A stretch of 64,000 bases of DNA, taken from the NCBI GenBank assembly GCA_965644265.1, contig OZ286462.1, positions 31,620,001-31,684,000 on the forward strand, given 5' to 3'. The position numbers and the translations under genes were made by a program. Origin of the DNA: Glycera tridactyla. Its lineage: Eukaryota. This document shows positions 52,370 through 63,600 of the stretch, in pieces. Every line of letters begins with the position of its first letter. The first letter of the stretch is position 1. The notes below the pieces were generated by a model. It was not told where the DNA came from, searched no databases, and saw only the letters and a list, made by a program, of their open reading frames with translations.

Positions 52370-52451
52370 AATCTTGTGTACGTAGTAATGTAAGTATGTA
52401 CGTATGTGGGTGAAACTATAATACCCCGCTTTCTCAAGAACAGGGTATGAA
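52370..52451 (-). mobile_element. HINE 5' terminus fragment, same family as 56946-59101
   Basis: gtgaaactataataccccgctttctcaagaacagggtatgaaa matches the 59061-59103 terminus and is preceded by a (tacg/tatg)-like tract. Confidence 0.7.
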
Positions 52452-52596
52452 AATTCCCGAGAATTTAAATGCCCATTTTAGCTACTAAAAGCACCTCACA
52501 CCATTAAAAGCAATATCTCACCATTTCTGTGTTCAGTTTTTATTTAGGACATTTTGGCCAATCTTAAAACTTGATGAAATACTAGCATGTGGCAAT

Positions 52597-52688
52597 TAGG
52601 GCTGGGACGAAACACTATAGTCACAAAACAAAACATTTCTAGAAACATATCGGTATTATCGGAATTTCAGCAAATCGTCCCACCCCTA
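52597..52688. mobile_element. 92-bp minimal copy of the same hAT family with an 8-bp TSD
   Basis: tagggctgggacga...tcgtcccaccccta. GTGGCAAT duplicated. Confidence 0.85.
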
Positions 52689-53048
52689 GTGGCAATAGCT
52701 CATTTATGTACAGTTTTTGAGTCTTGCTCCATAATTTCCATGACTTGATCATCAATTGCTAGGTAAAACACCTTCCGAAAATGGAATTTCGCATGTTCAC
52801 TTCTACCAGCTGCAGGAGAAAATGTCTATTTTAGTAAAAAGGCTTCAATAGAAATACAGACTTCCAGAACTGCTCCAAGTGTTTCCCAGCATTAATTTTG
52901 GCTCATTTGCCACTTGATAAATGGAAAGGATTCAGGAAAGTTTGACAAGTGAGTTGACTTTGTGTGTCATCCACAGTTGAAGAGCTAAGTAGTGGTTTGT
53001 GTATGCATGGGGTATCACCCAATAATTATATGAATAGATGAACAATTA

Positions 53049-53270
53049 AGATAAGATAAGATAAGAGTCATTTATTTTGCTTCGTAGCATACAACATACA
53101 TAATGCATAGAGTAAGAGTATATACAATTACAAAACACATATTATAGAGGGAATATGCCCGGGACATCTCTAATGGATGCATTCACCCGTTTCGAAGGTT
53201 CACCAGGACCGTTATGAGCAGGCTATGATCTAGAGCACAGGTTCAAGTATCCCTCCGCCGCCGATACAAC
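53049..53270 (-). mobile_element. Distal 3' UTR and (TCTTA)n tail of a minus-strand LINE
   Basis: Reverse complement has gaaccttcgaaacgggtgaatgcatcc...gagatgtccc and cgaagcaaaataaatgac, homologous to the plus LINE 3' UTR at 62385-62492. Confidence 0.85.
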
Positions 53271-53441
53271 AACAAAACATGTAAACAGCTGATCAAGGTC
53301 TACCATTTCGGGGGGAATCGGGGATTGATGGACTGATACGAACCGACGAGCTGAAATACGAACATTCCAAGATCACCTATATATCAATTTGGAGAAGAAC
53401 AATCCAGCGAATCTACAAGAAACTCGAACTTTTCACACGCA

Positions 53442-54416
53442 GTGGGATACGAATACTGCGACGCCATGACAACGCCGACTTCTTCAAAGCGTGAGTTGTC
53501 ACCAACTACCAAAATGGACGATCCTGGTGAGAAACGAGGGCGCACGGTCACATCCAGTCTTGAATTCAATCTATTTGGCTTGCCATCGCAAAGCACGCCT
53601 AATAAAGTAACTTTGGAACCTTCTATTGGTTCTATCGCATTAGATGAAAGCACCATCAAAGACGCTGAATCCTCATTGGAATCGTGTTGCAATCAGTCTG
53701 AACCACGGTTGAATGGGAACTTTCTTACGAAAGACGAAGAGTTCAAACAAAACCTGATGATCGCCCTTCAAGACGACAATGTGGCTACTGTGCTCAATGG
53801 TCTTATCAAATCGACAGTATCCCATTACGAAAGCCGTATTCAAGCGCTGGAGGAGAAAGTGGCTGAACAAGATGCCATCATTCGTGATTTGAAACCCCCG
53901 GAACAAATATGATCAGCTGATCGACCCCAAAACATTGCGATACCGGATCAAACTGACAATAAAGAAACCAATTTGGTTTTCCGCGGCATCGCTGAAGGAC
54001 TAAATGACACACGAGTCATTACACGTTTAGTCAATGAAGAACTAGATGTACCAATGGCTCCATCGCAGATCGTTGCTACATCGAGAATGGGAAGAAACAA
54101 TCCTGAAAACTGCAGGCCTTTACTAGTGAAACTGGCCAGCAAAAATCTGCGAGACACCATTTACAACGAACGAATTGTGCTGCGACCGAAACTCCCATAT
54201 GTATTCATACAAGAAGATCTCACACGTGAACAAGCCAGGCTAGCATATGCAGCAAGATTGAGGGTGCGAAAACGGATGATTTATCGTACTTGGACGACAA
54301 ATGGCACAGTGTTTATTGTGAGAAATGAGGGAGAAGAAGCCACCTCCATCGCGAGCAAGGACGATCTGCCGCGCATCACCAACGCTGATGAAAACATCGA
54401 TCAAAATCAGGGATAA
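53442..54416 (+). pseudogene. LINE ORF1 (coiled coil plus RRM-like domain) with one in-frame TGA at 53910-53912
   Basis: Track ORFs 53442-53912 and 53973-54416 share a frame, reading PEQI*SADRPQN...ETNLVFRGI. Motifs RPLLVKL, FIQEDLT and TWTTNGTVFI are typical of invertebrate LINE ORF1. Confidence 0.85.
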
Positions 54417-55745
54417 TTCGTTTTTTCCAACGAATAAGCCTTCCTTTGACATTGAATCAACTATTGTATGAATGTTGTGTGCTAGTCTTTAATAGTAATT
54501 GTTTTGAATTATGGACTACTTTTTCTGCACATCCCTATTGTGATACAGCATAATGGCGGTAACATGACCAACCGCTCCCATGATTCTTAGCGAAATTTTT
54601 TCGCAATTATCGGTCGATTTCTCCCATGATGCTCTGCGAGTCTCGACGGACAGCCAATCAGCGAGCTCCTTCCTCGATGGACTAGGCAAGTGGTACAAAA
54701 TGGCGGCCGAGGCGAGAGTCATAATAATCGCCCGGTAACTCAGAATGAATTACTGCCTTCCTAATCCTTTATAGGACACGAATTAGTGTAATTCCAACAG
54801 CCCGGTAACCAATGGACCGACTATCGCCACCAAACGATCCCAGTATGTAGAATAATGACTTTCCCAGACGATTTGTCACTCCACTTATGAGTTATCATAA
54901 TAGAAAGACTGCAGTTTCGATAGGGGTATGTGTGCTTGCTCGTCGGTTCGTCTCGGTCCATCAACGATATCCAGCAATGTGTTGTCTTAAATGCATTGAT
55001 AACTACCTTACTGTGCTCAAATGGCTGGATCATCTAAATTTTTGGGCCCATACCATGAACAGGGCTGATATATGAACTGATAATCAGGCTATTTTTTGCA
55101 GTGTAAATATACTGTTATGCTAGACCAATCCCATGATCAGCAAACCGAATACCTGCCTAACAACAAGGATATATGAACTCTTTGCCTGAAATATGTATGA
55201 GCTGCAAAGGCAGGTTATCTCTAGACATATGAATGATCGAAGAAGGACTGAAGTTCAAATGAACTTGTCTCACATACATACTGCTGGTTCCATTTGAAAT
55301 GTTTTGCATTCCAGCATTCAACATTGCCTTATGTATACGACAAACTAAAGGATGGCGTTTAATCCATATGGACACCTCATCCACTACTTTTAGACAGGGA
55401 TGGCGTTTAACCCACATGGGCACCTCATCCATATTGAATGACTTGTAGCTGTAGGGTTGAAAAACATGTTATTACGCACGATATCTATTTGGATCCCTCC
55501 GGGAATCACATCAAAATGCAGACTTCGCATAGCATGTCGGGTATGCTATACACTAGACTGAATATATACTGATAGGATGGCGGTTATTAAAGGGGACTAC
55601 TTACTGACCAGAAAGGGACTGAGATACAAATGAGCATGACCGATCCACCCCCCCCCCCCCCCCCCCCACCCTTTGGTAATCTTTATTTATTACTACTATA
55701 CTAATCTCATACGGTACCTCTCCAGACATCATTCTTGGAGTAAAT

Positions 55746-56945
55746 GTGTGTGAATGTGAATCTTATATCACCCTTCGCCCAATAGCAGTTATCATAATGC
55801 ACAGAACATCGTTTCTGTTTAAAATGACCCTAGTTGGGTATCTCCAAATATGTTTCCCAGACAATTATACCCTGCAGAAACTTCTATATCTATCAGGTGA
55901 CATGGAAAAGAATCCAGGACCTAACGAAAAAACTGTCACAAATCTAAGAGAGATCAGTAGGGCAAAGGGAATTACCATAGCCCATCTGAACATTTGCAGT
56001 ATCTTCAATAAGCTGGACCACTTAAGACACATATTATTCAAAAGTGACATTGACCTGATGTATATCACAGAAAGCTGGTTAACTGGAAATATCACTGATG
56101 CAGAATTGAAAATTTCAAATTATAACATACTTAGAAATGATAGGAAAGACAAGAGAGGGGGAGGGGTTTGTCTGTTTATTAAAGAAAAATACAATTTCTC
56201 CAGAGTATCAGAACTAAGCATAAGCAACAATGACTTGGAAAGCCTTGGCATACAATTGACATTGCCACATACCAGGAAAATTCTCATAACAGGTATATAT
56301 AGACCACCCAATGGAAATATAGGAAATTTCTTTGACAGAATGGGAGAAATAACAGAATTCACATTGAATGAACCAGATGCTGAGGTGGAATTCATTGGAG
56401 ACTTTAACATTGACCTGACTCAGAAAAAAGCAAGAGACACAATATCGCTAATGAGATGGGCAGGTCTATGTGGACAGCAGTCCTTCTTAAATAACCCGAC
56501 CAGGATAACTGCAGATACTTCTACATGCATAGACCTAATTTTCTCAAACAGACCTGAAGTGATGAATCAGACAGGCCATTTTCGTCACGGAATTAGTGAC
56601 CATGACTTGATTTTCTATAGCCGTAAGCTGACTAAGCCTAAGGGTGAGACTAAATTTATTCATGCCCGGAGCTTTAATAAATATGACAAAACCAGCTTCT
56701 GTGAAGATCTACGGAATACAAACTGGAATACTATACTAGAGCAGACAGATCCAAACGAAGCTTGGTCGATTTTTAAGGATATGTTCTTACCCATTTGTGA
56801 CAGACATGCCCCATACAAAAAGATAAAGATTAAAGGTAGCCTACCACCCTGGCTGACACATGAGTACTTCTCTGCAAGTGACTAACGTGACTATCTATAC
56901 AGAATTTTTAAACAGACTAAGAACAAGGATGATGAAATTATTGCA
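55746..56945 (+). pseudogene. LINE ORF2 part 1: 2A-like peptide and apurinic endonuclease; premature TAA at 56883-56885
   Basis: Motifs HLNICS, ITESWL, DRKDKRGGGVCLFI, IYRPP, IGDFNID, CIDLIFSN and SDHDLI. The frame continues past the stop to DEIIA. Confidence 0.93.
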
Positions 56946-59101
56946 ACAAGGCCACAGAGGGGCAATATACCCCGCACACGGGAGCATAGTGGGTAACACA
57001 TATCGCACACTGGAGCACAGTGGGTAACCCATATCGGAAAAGGTCATTGAGATGTTTGGTTGGCTATGTAATAAGTCACTGGATCACTGTGTAGAATAAG
57101 AAAATCTAATACATATGTAGTAGCACCTAAAACATTCACCTTGACCTATGACTTAGGGTTACATGCATTGTAAGGGAGATGTGGTAACATTGCTTAATCA
57201 TCCCAGATCAGTTTGATCTTCATCCAACAATGCTAGCCTGAGTTATTGTGTGGGATGCAGAAATTTAAAAATAGCTCCTATGGCCTTGACCTTTGACACA
57301 GGGTCACATGCATCGAATGGGAGATATCTCACCATTGGGTCTTTACGTTGTGAAACTTCGGTGTATATCGATCAATGCAAGCTTGAGCTGGAGTGTGAAA
57401 TGAGAAAATTTATGAATAGTTCCTGTGACCTTGACCTCTGACCTAGGATCAAATGCATCGTGAAGGAGGTGGCCTACCATTAGGTCATTACTTTGTGTAA
57501 GATTGGTGCATATCCATTGGAGCTCTCTTGAGTTAGAGTGCAAATGGGAGAATATATAAATAGCTCCTGTGACCTTGACCTTCGACCTGGGGGCACATGC
57601 ATCGAAAGGGAGGTGGCCTACCATCAGGTCATTACTTTGTGTCAGTTTGGTGCATATCCATTGAAGCTCGCTTGAGTTAGAGTGTGAAATGGGAAAATCT
57701 ATAAATAGCTCGTGACCTTGACCTTTGACCTGGGGTCACATGCATCGGAAGGCAGGTGGCCTACCATTGGGTCATCACTTTGTGAAAGTTTGGTGCATAT
57801 CCATCAAAGCTCGCTTGAGTTAGAGAGTAAAATGGAGAAATCTATAAATAGCTCCTGTGACCTTGACCGTTGACCTGGGGTCACATGCATCGAAAGGGAG
57901 GTGGCCTACCATTAGGTCATTACTTTGCGTAAGTTTGGTGCATATCCATCGAAGCTCGCTTGAGTTAGAGTGTGAAATGGGAAAATCTATAAATAGCTCC
58001 TGTGACCTTGACCTTTGACCTGGGGTCACATGCATCGAAAGGGAGGTAGCCTACCATTAGGTCATTACTTTGTGTAAGTTTCATGCATATCCATCAAAGC
58101 TCGCTTGAGTTAGAGTGTAAAATGGGAAAAACTATAAATAGCTCCTGTGACCTTGACCTTTGACCTGGGGTCACATGCATCGAAAGGGAGGTGGCCTACC
58201 ATCAGGTCATTACTTTGTGTGAGTTTGGTGCATATCCATCGAAGCTCGCTTGAGTTAGAGTGTAAAATGAGGAAATCTATAAATAGCTTCTGTGACCTTG
58301 ACCTTTGACCTAGGGTCACACGCATCAAAAGAAATGTGGCCTACCATTAGGTTAGCACTTAGCGTGAGTTTGGTGCATATCCATTGAGGGTAACTTGAGT
58401 TAGAGTGTAAAATAAGAAAAATTTATAAATAGCTCCTGTGACCTTGACCTTTGACCTGGGGTCACATGCATCGAAAGGGAGGTGGCCTACCATCAAGTCA
58501 TTACTTTGTGTGAGTTTGGTGCATATCCATCGAAGCTCGCTTGAGTTGGAGTGTAAAATGGCGAAATCTATAAATAGCTCCTGTGACCTTGACCTTCGAC
58601 CTGGGGGCACATGCATCGAAAGGGAGGTGGCCTACCATCAGGTCATTACTTTGTGTCAGTTTGGTGCATATCCATTGAAGCTCGCTTGAGTTAGAGTGTA
58701 AAATAAGAAAAATTTATAAATAGCTCCTGTGACCTTGACCTTTGACCTAGGGTCACACGCATCGAAAGGGAGGTGGCCCAACATTGGGTCATTACTTTGT
58801 GTAAGTTTGGTGCATATCCATTCAGGCTAACTCGAGTTAGAGTGTAAAATAAGAAAATCTATAAATAGCTCCTGTGACCTTGACCTTTGACCTTCGGGTA
58901 CGAAAATTAAATTCTCGAATACTATTTTTCCATAGATCACAGTTATGAAGTTTTATGAAAATTGGACCAGCCAATCCAAAGTTATTGCATGAAATGTGAG
59001 CGGACGGACGGACGTACGTACGTACGTACGTACGTACGTACGTACGTACGGACGCCGGAGGTGAAACTATAATACACCGCTTTTTTCAAAAGCGGGGTAT
59101 A
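56946..59101 (-). mobile_element. Helentron-associated non-autonomous element (HINE/DINE-1-like) with a 145-bp tandem array
   Basis: On the minus strand: 5' tataccccgc with adjacent inverted repeat, (CCGT/ACGT)n microsatellite, central array, 3' subTIR gcggggtata, short hairpin and cttgtt. Inserted in an A/T run with no TSD. Confidence 0.88.
57250..58890. repeat. About 11-12 tandem copies of a roughly 145-bp unit inside the HINE
   Basis: atagctcc recurs near 57271, 57560, 57705, 57848, 57993, 58138, 58283, 58429, 58574, 58720 and 58865. Confidence 0.95.
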
Positions 59102-60394
59102 AAAAGGGCAAAAAATTATGCTAACATGTTAAATCGAAATCTTAAGAAGGAATATGTCCAAAATCAAATAGATCGTTTCAGAACTGATAGCAAAAATTTG
59201 TGGAGCGTTATACGGAATATCTTACCTAACAATAAGTCTGCAGATATGCCCAATACCACAATTTGTGACAAGTCTGACTATACTGATATTGCGAATGCAT
59301 TAAACCAGCATTTTGTAAGTGTGGGACCAAATTTAGCAAGTATGCTCCCAACTGGTGACAGAAGACTAATTCCTGAAATAGATAATCTGGAACTGTCCTT
59401 TGAATTTCACCATATAGAAACCTGTTCTGTAATGAAAGCACTATCGACTCTCTCCTGCTCAAAGGCAACAGGCCTTGACAAATTGTATGCACAACTATTG
59501 AGAGATAGCAGTGAGATTGTATCACATGCAATTGCATATATTATGAATTTGTCAATTAGGACAAGTGTGTTCCCAGAGGAATGGAAGGAGGCTAAAGTCA
59601 CCCCCTTATATAAAGATGGTGACAGAAATTCTCCTTCTAACTATCGTCCGATTTCTGTCTTGCCCATCTTGGGTAAGATATTAGAAAGATTCGTACACGA
59701 TCAGATATATGTCTTTATGAATGATCATGATCTTTTTCATCCATCCCAGAGTGGGTTTAGGAAAAATCATTCCACTACTACCTGTGCAACTTCTGTAACG
59801 AACGACATCTTAAATGCAATGGATAGAGGATCTAGTGTGGGTGCAGTATTTCTCGACCTGAAGAAGGCTTTTGACACTGTCGACCATGCCCTGCTCTGTA
59901 AGAAACTGGCGGAGTATGGCATGGGCGACAGTGTCACAGGCTGGATAAATAGCTATTTGACGAATCGGCATCAAAGAACGACATTCAGAGACAAGCTCTC
60001 CGATAGAATGTTAATACGTTGTGGTGTCCCACAAGGTTCCATTTTGGGACCACTCTTGTTTGTGATTTATCTTAATGATCTGCCGAAAGTCCTACTGAAC
60101 TCAAAAATCGCAATGTATGCGGACGACACTGCAATCTACTATGAAAGCACAACTACTGAAGATATAAATTTGAAATTACAAGAAGACTTGGAACTGATGG
60201 CAAATTGGCTAGTTGTCAATTGTTTGTCACTGAATGCACAGAAAACTAATACAATGCTCTTTACAAGAATGCGGCTTTTTTACCAAGGCCAACTTGACCT
60301 GCAAATAGGCAATACGCAATTGGAACAGGTGGAACATATGAAATATCTGGGGTTATACCTTGATAAACGTCTGAGTTTTGACAATCATATTGAA
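59102..60394 (+). pseudogene. LINE ORF2 part 2: reverse transcriptase
   Basis: Motifs NYRPISVLPILGKILE, QSGFRK, VFLDLKKAFDTVDH, GVPQGSILGPLLF, YADD and KYLGLYLD. Confidence 0.95.
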
Positions 60395-61701
60395 CAAGGC
60401 ATAAATGCACAAATGGCACGCATGTGCGCCGCTAATTCATCCAAGCAGCTGAATCTAGCAAGCATAATCTTTTGCTCCAAGCATTCTCAAGTAATTGCAG
60501 TAATAAGGTCATGACCTGGGAGATGGAGATCGAGGTCACTCACCATTTTATGGGCTTCTTTTGCTTTCAATTGTGCATATGTGGTGTGAATCTGGTGAAT
60601 GTAGCTCCAAGCCTTCTCATGTCATTGGAGTAACAAAGTATTTTGAATGTCAAGGTCATGATCTTGAAGGTGAAGGATGAGGTTAACCACATTTGATGGG
60701 ATTATCCCCATTCATTGGTACATATCTGGCAGAAATTTGATGGATGTAGCTTGAAGTTTTCAAAGTCAAGGTCATGACCTGAAAGATGAAGGTCAAGGTC
60801 ACTGACATTTGATAGGCTTCTTTTGCTTTCAGTGGTGCATATATGGTGTAAATCTGGTGAATGTAGCTCCAAGCGTTCTCATGTTATTGGAGTAACAAAA
60901 TATTTTGAATGTCAAGGTCATGACCTTGAAGGTGAAATTCGAGGTCAACCACATTTGATGGGATTGTCCCCATTCATTGGTGCATATCTGGCAAAATTTG
61001 ATGGATGTAGCTTGAAGTTTTCAAAGTCAAGGTCATGACCTTGAAAATGAAGGTCAAGGTCACAGGCATTTGATAGGCTCCTTCCGCCCCTGCCATTGCC
61101 CCTCTCACTGTCCTAGCCCCCCCCCCCTCTCCAACCCAGGTGCAATCAATCCTGCTACAACTGCCACCCCCCCCCCCCCCCCCACCCCATCCCATGGCCA
61201 CTCGGTGCTGCCCCCACCCCCTGCCCTGCCCACAGTTTGATCAAGAGATCAGACAGCTCTGCTGATATGTGAAAAGACTCCACTTGGTGCAAAGACAGTT
61301 ATATAACCGAGGACGAAATGTGACAAGGCTCCATTCAGAGGGTCGGCAGTGTCATTACATAACAGCCTCGGTAATAGACATCATATAGTCCACTCTTTCC
61401 TATTCTGCTGGTATAAAGTTGCTTTAAAATTTAGGATTCCAGCCAGAATAACTCATCTTCCATGAAAGTCATCAGAACAATATTGATACCCAGTATTCTG
61501 CCGATCATGATCTTTATGATTACAAAATTTCAGAAATATTGCTTGATTAGTTACAGAGTAGTAGCTCAAAGAAAAACTTTAACCAAAAACTTTAACCAGG
61601 AAGTTTACGCCACACGGCCAAACGGCCGCACGGCCGGACGGCCGGACAGACGGAATCTGCGCCATTACATAGACACGCATTTTGCTCCGCATGCGTGCCA
61701 A
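60395..61701 (-). mobile_element. Second HINE family copy with a roughly 262-bp higher-order repeat
   Basis: On the minus strand: 5' tggcacgcatg with inverted repeat, (CCGT)n-like tract, 3' subTIR catgcgtgcca, gcatttatgc hairpin and cttgtt. ggtcatgacc recurs at 60507, 60770 and 61031. Confidence 0.86.
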
Positions 61702-62250
61702 AAATTGTGCAACAAATCAAAAGGCAAGCTGTATGCATTGGGGCGAGTACGAAAATACATGAAACAGGAAACTGCTTTAAAATTATACAAATCACTAATT
61801 TTACCAGTTATAGACTATGGGGATATTTTATATGGAATTGCAAATCTAAACTCATTAATGAAAGTTCAAAGGATCCAAAATTCGGCCTGTCGGATTGTTT
61901 TGTTAGCTGACAGGTTAACAAGCACAGCCTCAATGCATGAACAGCTGGGCCTCTTGAATCTTGCAGAAAGAAGACTGTATCACGATTGTATTTTTGTTTT
62001 CAAATGTGTGAAAAAACTGTCACCAACATATCTGCAAGAAATTATATCTCCATTGTATCTTCAGCATGGACGTAGAACCAGAGGAGTTGTTCAAGGAAAT
62101 GTTGTTGTACCAAGAAGCAGAACGAATGCAGGAATGCAATCCTTCTCCGCACGAGGTCCATCTATCTGGAACAAACTACCACAAAATCTTAAGGAAATGG
62201 ATGACCTAAGTTCTTTTAAATTTGCACTGATCAATTGGCTGAAGACCTGA
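61702..62250 (+). pseudogene. LINE ORF2 part 3 (C-terminus)
   Basis: KLCNKSKGKLYALGRVRKYM...IWNKLP joins FDNHIE in frame and aligns with the minus-strand paralogue HIDQVCKKSKGKLYALGR. Confidence 0.92.
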
Positions 62251-62519
62251 AAGAAACATCTTGTTAATATCATTGAAAATCTGAGTTGTTTTGAGAAAAC
62301 TACAGGCACATTGTAAATAAGTCTAGTTAGAACCAGGGACAGACCCGTGCGGGACGGATTGAATTAATGATATCGACAGAGTGAGAACCTTCGAATTGGG
62401 TGATTGCATCCTCGAGATGTCCCAAGTACTTTTTCTCACATTGTGCTCTTATAATGTGTTGTATTTTGTACACTCGAAGCAAAATAAAAGACTATTATTA
62501 TTATCATTATTATTATTAG

Positions 62520-63600
62520 ACCTAATTTTCATGATCCGATTTTCGTCTATCTGAAATACTTTTCTGTCAGATGCTATTGTTGGATGTTGTTTTCTACTGA
62601 CTCCATCTTGTTGTTACTGGATCATCTTCTTCTTAACCACGTCCAAAGTTCGTTTTTGAAAATGTTTACTTCATCTATGGGCCGAATATCGGACGGCAGA
62701 CTATTCCATGTTAACGGACCATGAGTTGAGAAGGCCTGTGCTCCTGCTTTGCTTCTGTATCTTGGTACCTCTACATCTCCTCTTTCGACCCTTCTTGTGA
62801 CTATACCATGACAGGTTTCGAGGGGCCAGGTTCTTCATACATTTGAAGACTAATAGACAAGTGTGAAATAGTCGACGCTGGTTCAGGAAAAGTAGATCAA
62901 GTTGGCTATGCATGTAGTCGGTGCTAGTTAATCTCTCAGCTTGTAGTATGATACGGCATGCTGAGTTTTGTATCCTCTGAAGCTTTTGAAGGGAGTTTTT
63001 GTTGGCAAGATCATATATAACGTCTCCATATTCGAGCACAGGCAATAGTAGCGATTTGTACAGTCTAAGGGTCATACATTGGTTTATATTCTTCCTAATT
63101 CTACCCAAGGCATAGAGCTTACCCTTCGATTTTTTGCAAACTTGGTCTATGTGATAGTTCAAATTGATTTTTGTATCAAGATAGAAACCCAGATACTTAA
63201 AAGTGCTCACATTTTCTAATAAAGTATCCATGATGTTCAGGTCCAACTGTTGTCCTGCAAGCCTGTTGCTGCATGTAAAAAGCATTGCCTTTGTTTTGGC
63301 AGCATTTAATGACAGTTTGTTTACGCATAGCTAATTATGTATATTTTCCAAATCCTCTTGCAGACATTGGTTTATGTTTTGGACTTCTGCTGATTCATAG
63401 TATATGGCCGTATCATCAGTATACATGGATATTTTCGAGTTCATGAGCACCATGAAAGAAGAGGGGGCCGAGAATCGATCCCTGTGGGACACCACATGCA
63501 ATATTCTGTAAATCTGATAACACACCCTTGTAGCAAACTCTTTGGGATCTGTTTGTCAAGTAGCTTCTAATCCAACCAGTGACACTGTCCCCCATGTACA
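62520..63600 (-). mobile_element. 5'-truncated related LINE: RT C-half and proximal 3' UTR, decayed
   Basis: Motifs WIRSYLTNRSQRV, GVPQGSILGPLF, MYTDD, KYLGFYLD and LQRIQNSACR, with frameshifts and stops. The ORF ends near 62625. Confidence 0.92.

Larger units (their letters stand above)
53290..62519 (+). mobile_element. Near full-length CR1/L2-group non-LTR retrotransposon, inactivated
   Basis: ORF1, then APE endonuclease and RT ORF2 (GVPQGSILGP, YADD), a 3' UTR with aataaa, and an (ATT)n tail at 62492-62518. The 5' boundary is approximate. Confidence 0.92.

Noticed and set aside
56946-61701. HINE insertions acting as spliceable introns that rescue ORF2
   Set aside because: Their ends are not GT/GC..AG on the LINE strand, and ORF2 has an independent stop at 56883.
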